Below, piece by piece: positions 63,217-64,000 of a stretch of 64,000 bases of DNA. The stretch is from Spongospora subterranea f. sp. subterranea (Eukaryota). A program made the position numbers and the translations under genes. Where the stretch lies: assembly GCA_049724395.1 (NCBI GenBank), contig JAUGWO010000105.1, positions 1 to 64,000 of the forward strand. The letters are read 5' to 3'. Below the pieces are notes generated by a model. The model had not been told where the DNA came from. It worked only from the letters and a program-made list of their open reading frames with translations, and made no database searches. Positions within the stretch are counted from its first letter, which is position 1. Each line of letters begins with the position of its first letter.

Positions 63217-64000
63217 CTTCAGCGTCATGTTCTAGATATCAAATTTAAACATTAAGTGAACGCATGCGAAGCAGGATGGCCTGAAAAAGTTTCTGGTCAC
63301 GACGAGAATCTTCTACCGCTGTCAGCGCAAGGTAAATCATCTCCGGTCTCATGGTGCGGTTGAAGTTACCTTCTTGGGTTGAATGCGGTTTTTTTTGGCG
63401 GCACCCTTACGCACAAACTGCCGCACAAACATATTTGTGCGACTAACATAAAAAGAATATGCGTGGCATCTGCGAGATTTTTGAGAGGCCTTCAATCTGT
63501 TGCCGGATTTCTGTCTCTTGCGATTGCACATAAATTCAAATAATGATAAAAATATGGTAGAAATTTTTTGCAGAGCTTATAGATAAGATTCGTAACTCTC
63601 GTTGGAAACGAGACATCCTGCAACCAACGTTGTGAGCCCATTGTTATCAACACAAAGTGAACAAAATCACAGGCTTCCAAACGATTTGCTTCGTAAGTTG
63701 CATCGACTTCTAGAACGTTATTGAATAGTTGAAATTTTTCTCTTTACCGTTTGTGGATACCCACGGAATCCACTCTAAGCGCATCGTCAATGCATGTACC
63801 TTGAACTCTTCGAGATGGATGGGTTTCATCTCGATCGGCATTCCAACTCGACTTGCCTGAGCCAGCACGGGTCGCCGCAGAGTAGACCACTTGACATTTT
63901 GCGATATCATTCGACATCTGCCTGGAGTCATTACACTTTCACCTTTTTTGCGAAGTACGTCTAGGGATGTGGCAACATCCCAACTCATGCGCTTTCAGAA

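Larger units (their letters stand above)
61095..63378. mobile_element. Rearranged PIF/Harbinger element fragments forming nested inverted repeats
   Basis: Contains transposase and Myb-like ORF remnants. Arms: 61095-61415/63058-63378, 61489-61734/62811-63050 and 61735-61821/62168-62254. Confidence 0.88.

Noticed and set aside
63380..64000. Gene or TE at the window end
   Set aside because: Short ORFs without recognisable motifs, truncated by the window edge.

Overview
Eukaryotic, gene-dense window with many short GT-AG introns. A protist-like host is inferred from intron size and transposon repertoire; the taxon cannot be proven from the sequence. About 0.25-16.5 kb is a transposon-rich block. 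It holds a nearly intact Crypton (tyrosine recombinase plus GCR1_C, one frameshift) with palindromic end motifs, an orphan 495-aa ORF with an internal duplication, and remnants of a non-LTR RNase H, an OTU-like protease, two Ty1/copia elements, a GCM-type Mutator-like transposase and Ty3/gypsy elements. About 17-60 kb holds host genes: MAP3K, PHO80-like cyclin, a secreted protein, CBS/SNF4-like, WD40, RBM24/38-like RRM, a PAN-domain membrane protein, G3BP-like, TMEM117-like, a very large SMB-IPT/TIG-Cys-rich multi-TM surface protein, CGR1/CCDC86, ACL4-like and SRP54. The most unusual signal is the repeated occurrence of fold-back (inverted) duplications built from coding fragments of different mobile-element classes. 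Three sit in a row at 25.0-26.7 kb (gypsy gag, an AEP/PrimPol-like primase, a CRE-like RT). A nested 2.3-kb Harbinger fold-back at 61.1-63.4 kb contains a hairpin with a compensatory base-pair change, and smaller ones lie at 4.0 and 7.5 kb. These may be hairpin-RNA/siRNA-type anti-transposon loci, repair scars or assembly artefacts. Family assignments come from recognised motifs, not database searches, and exon boundaries are approximate.
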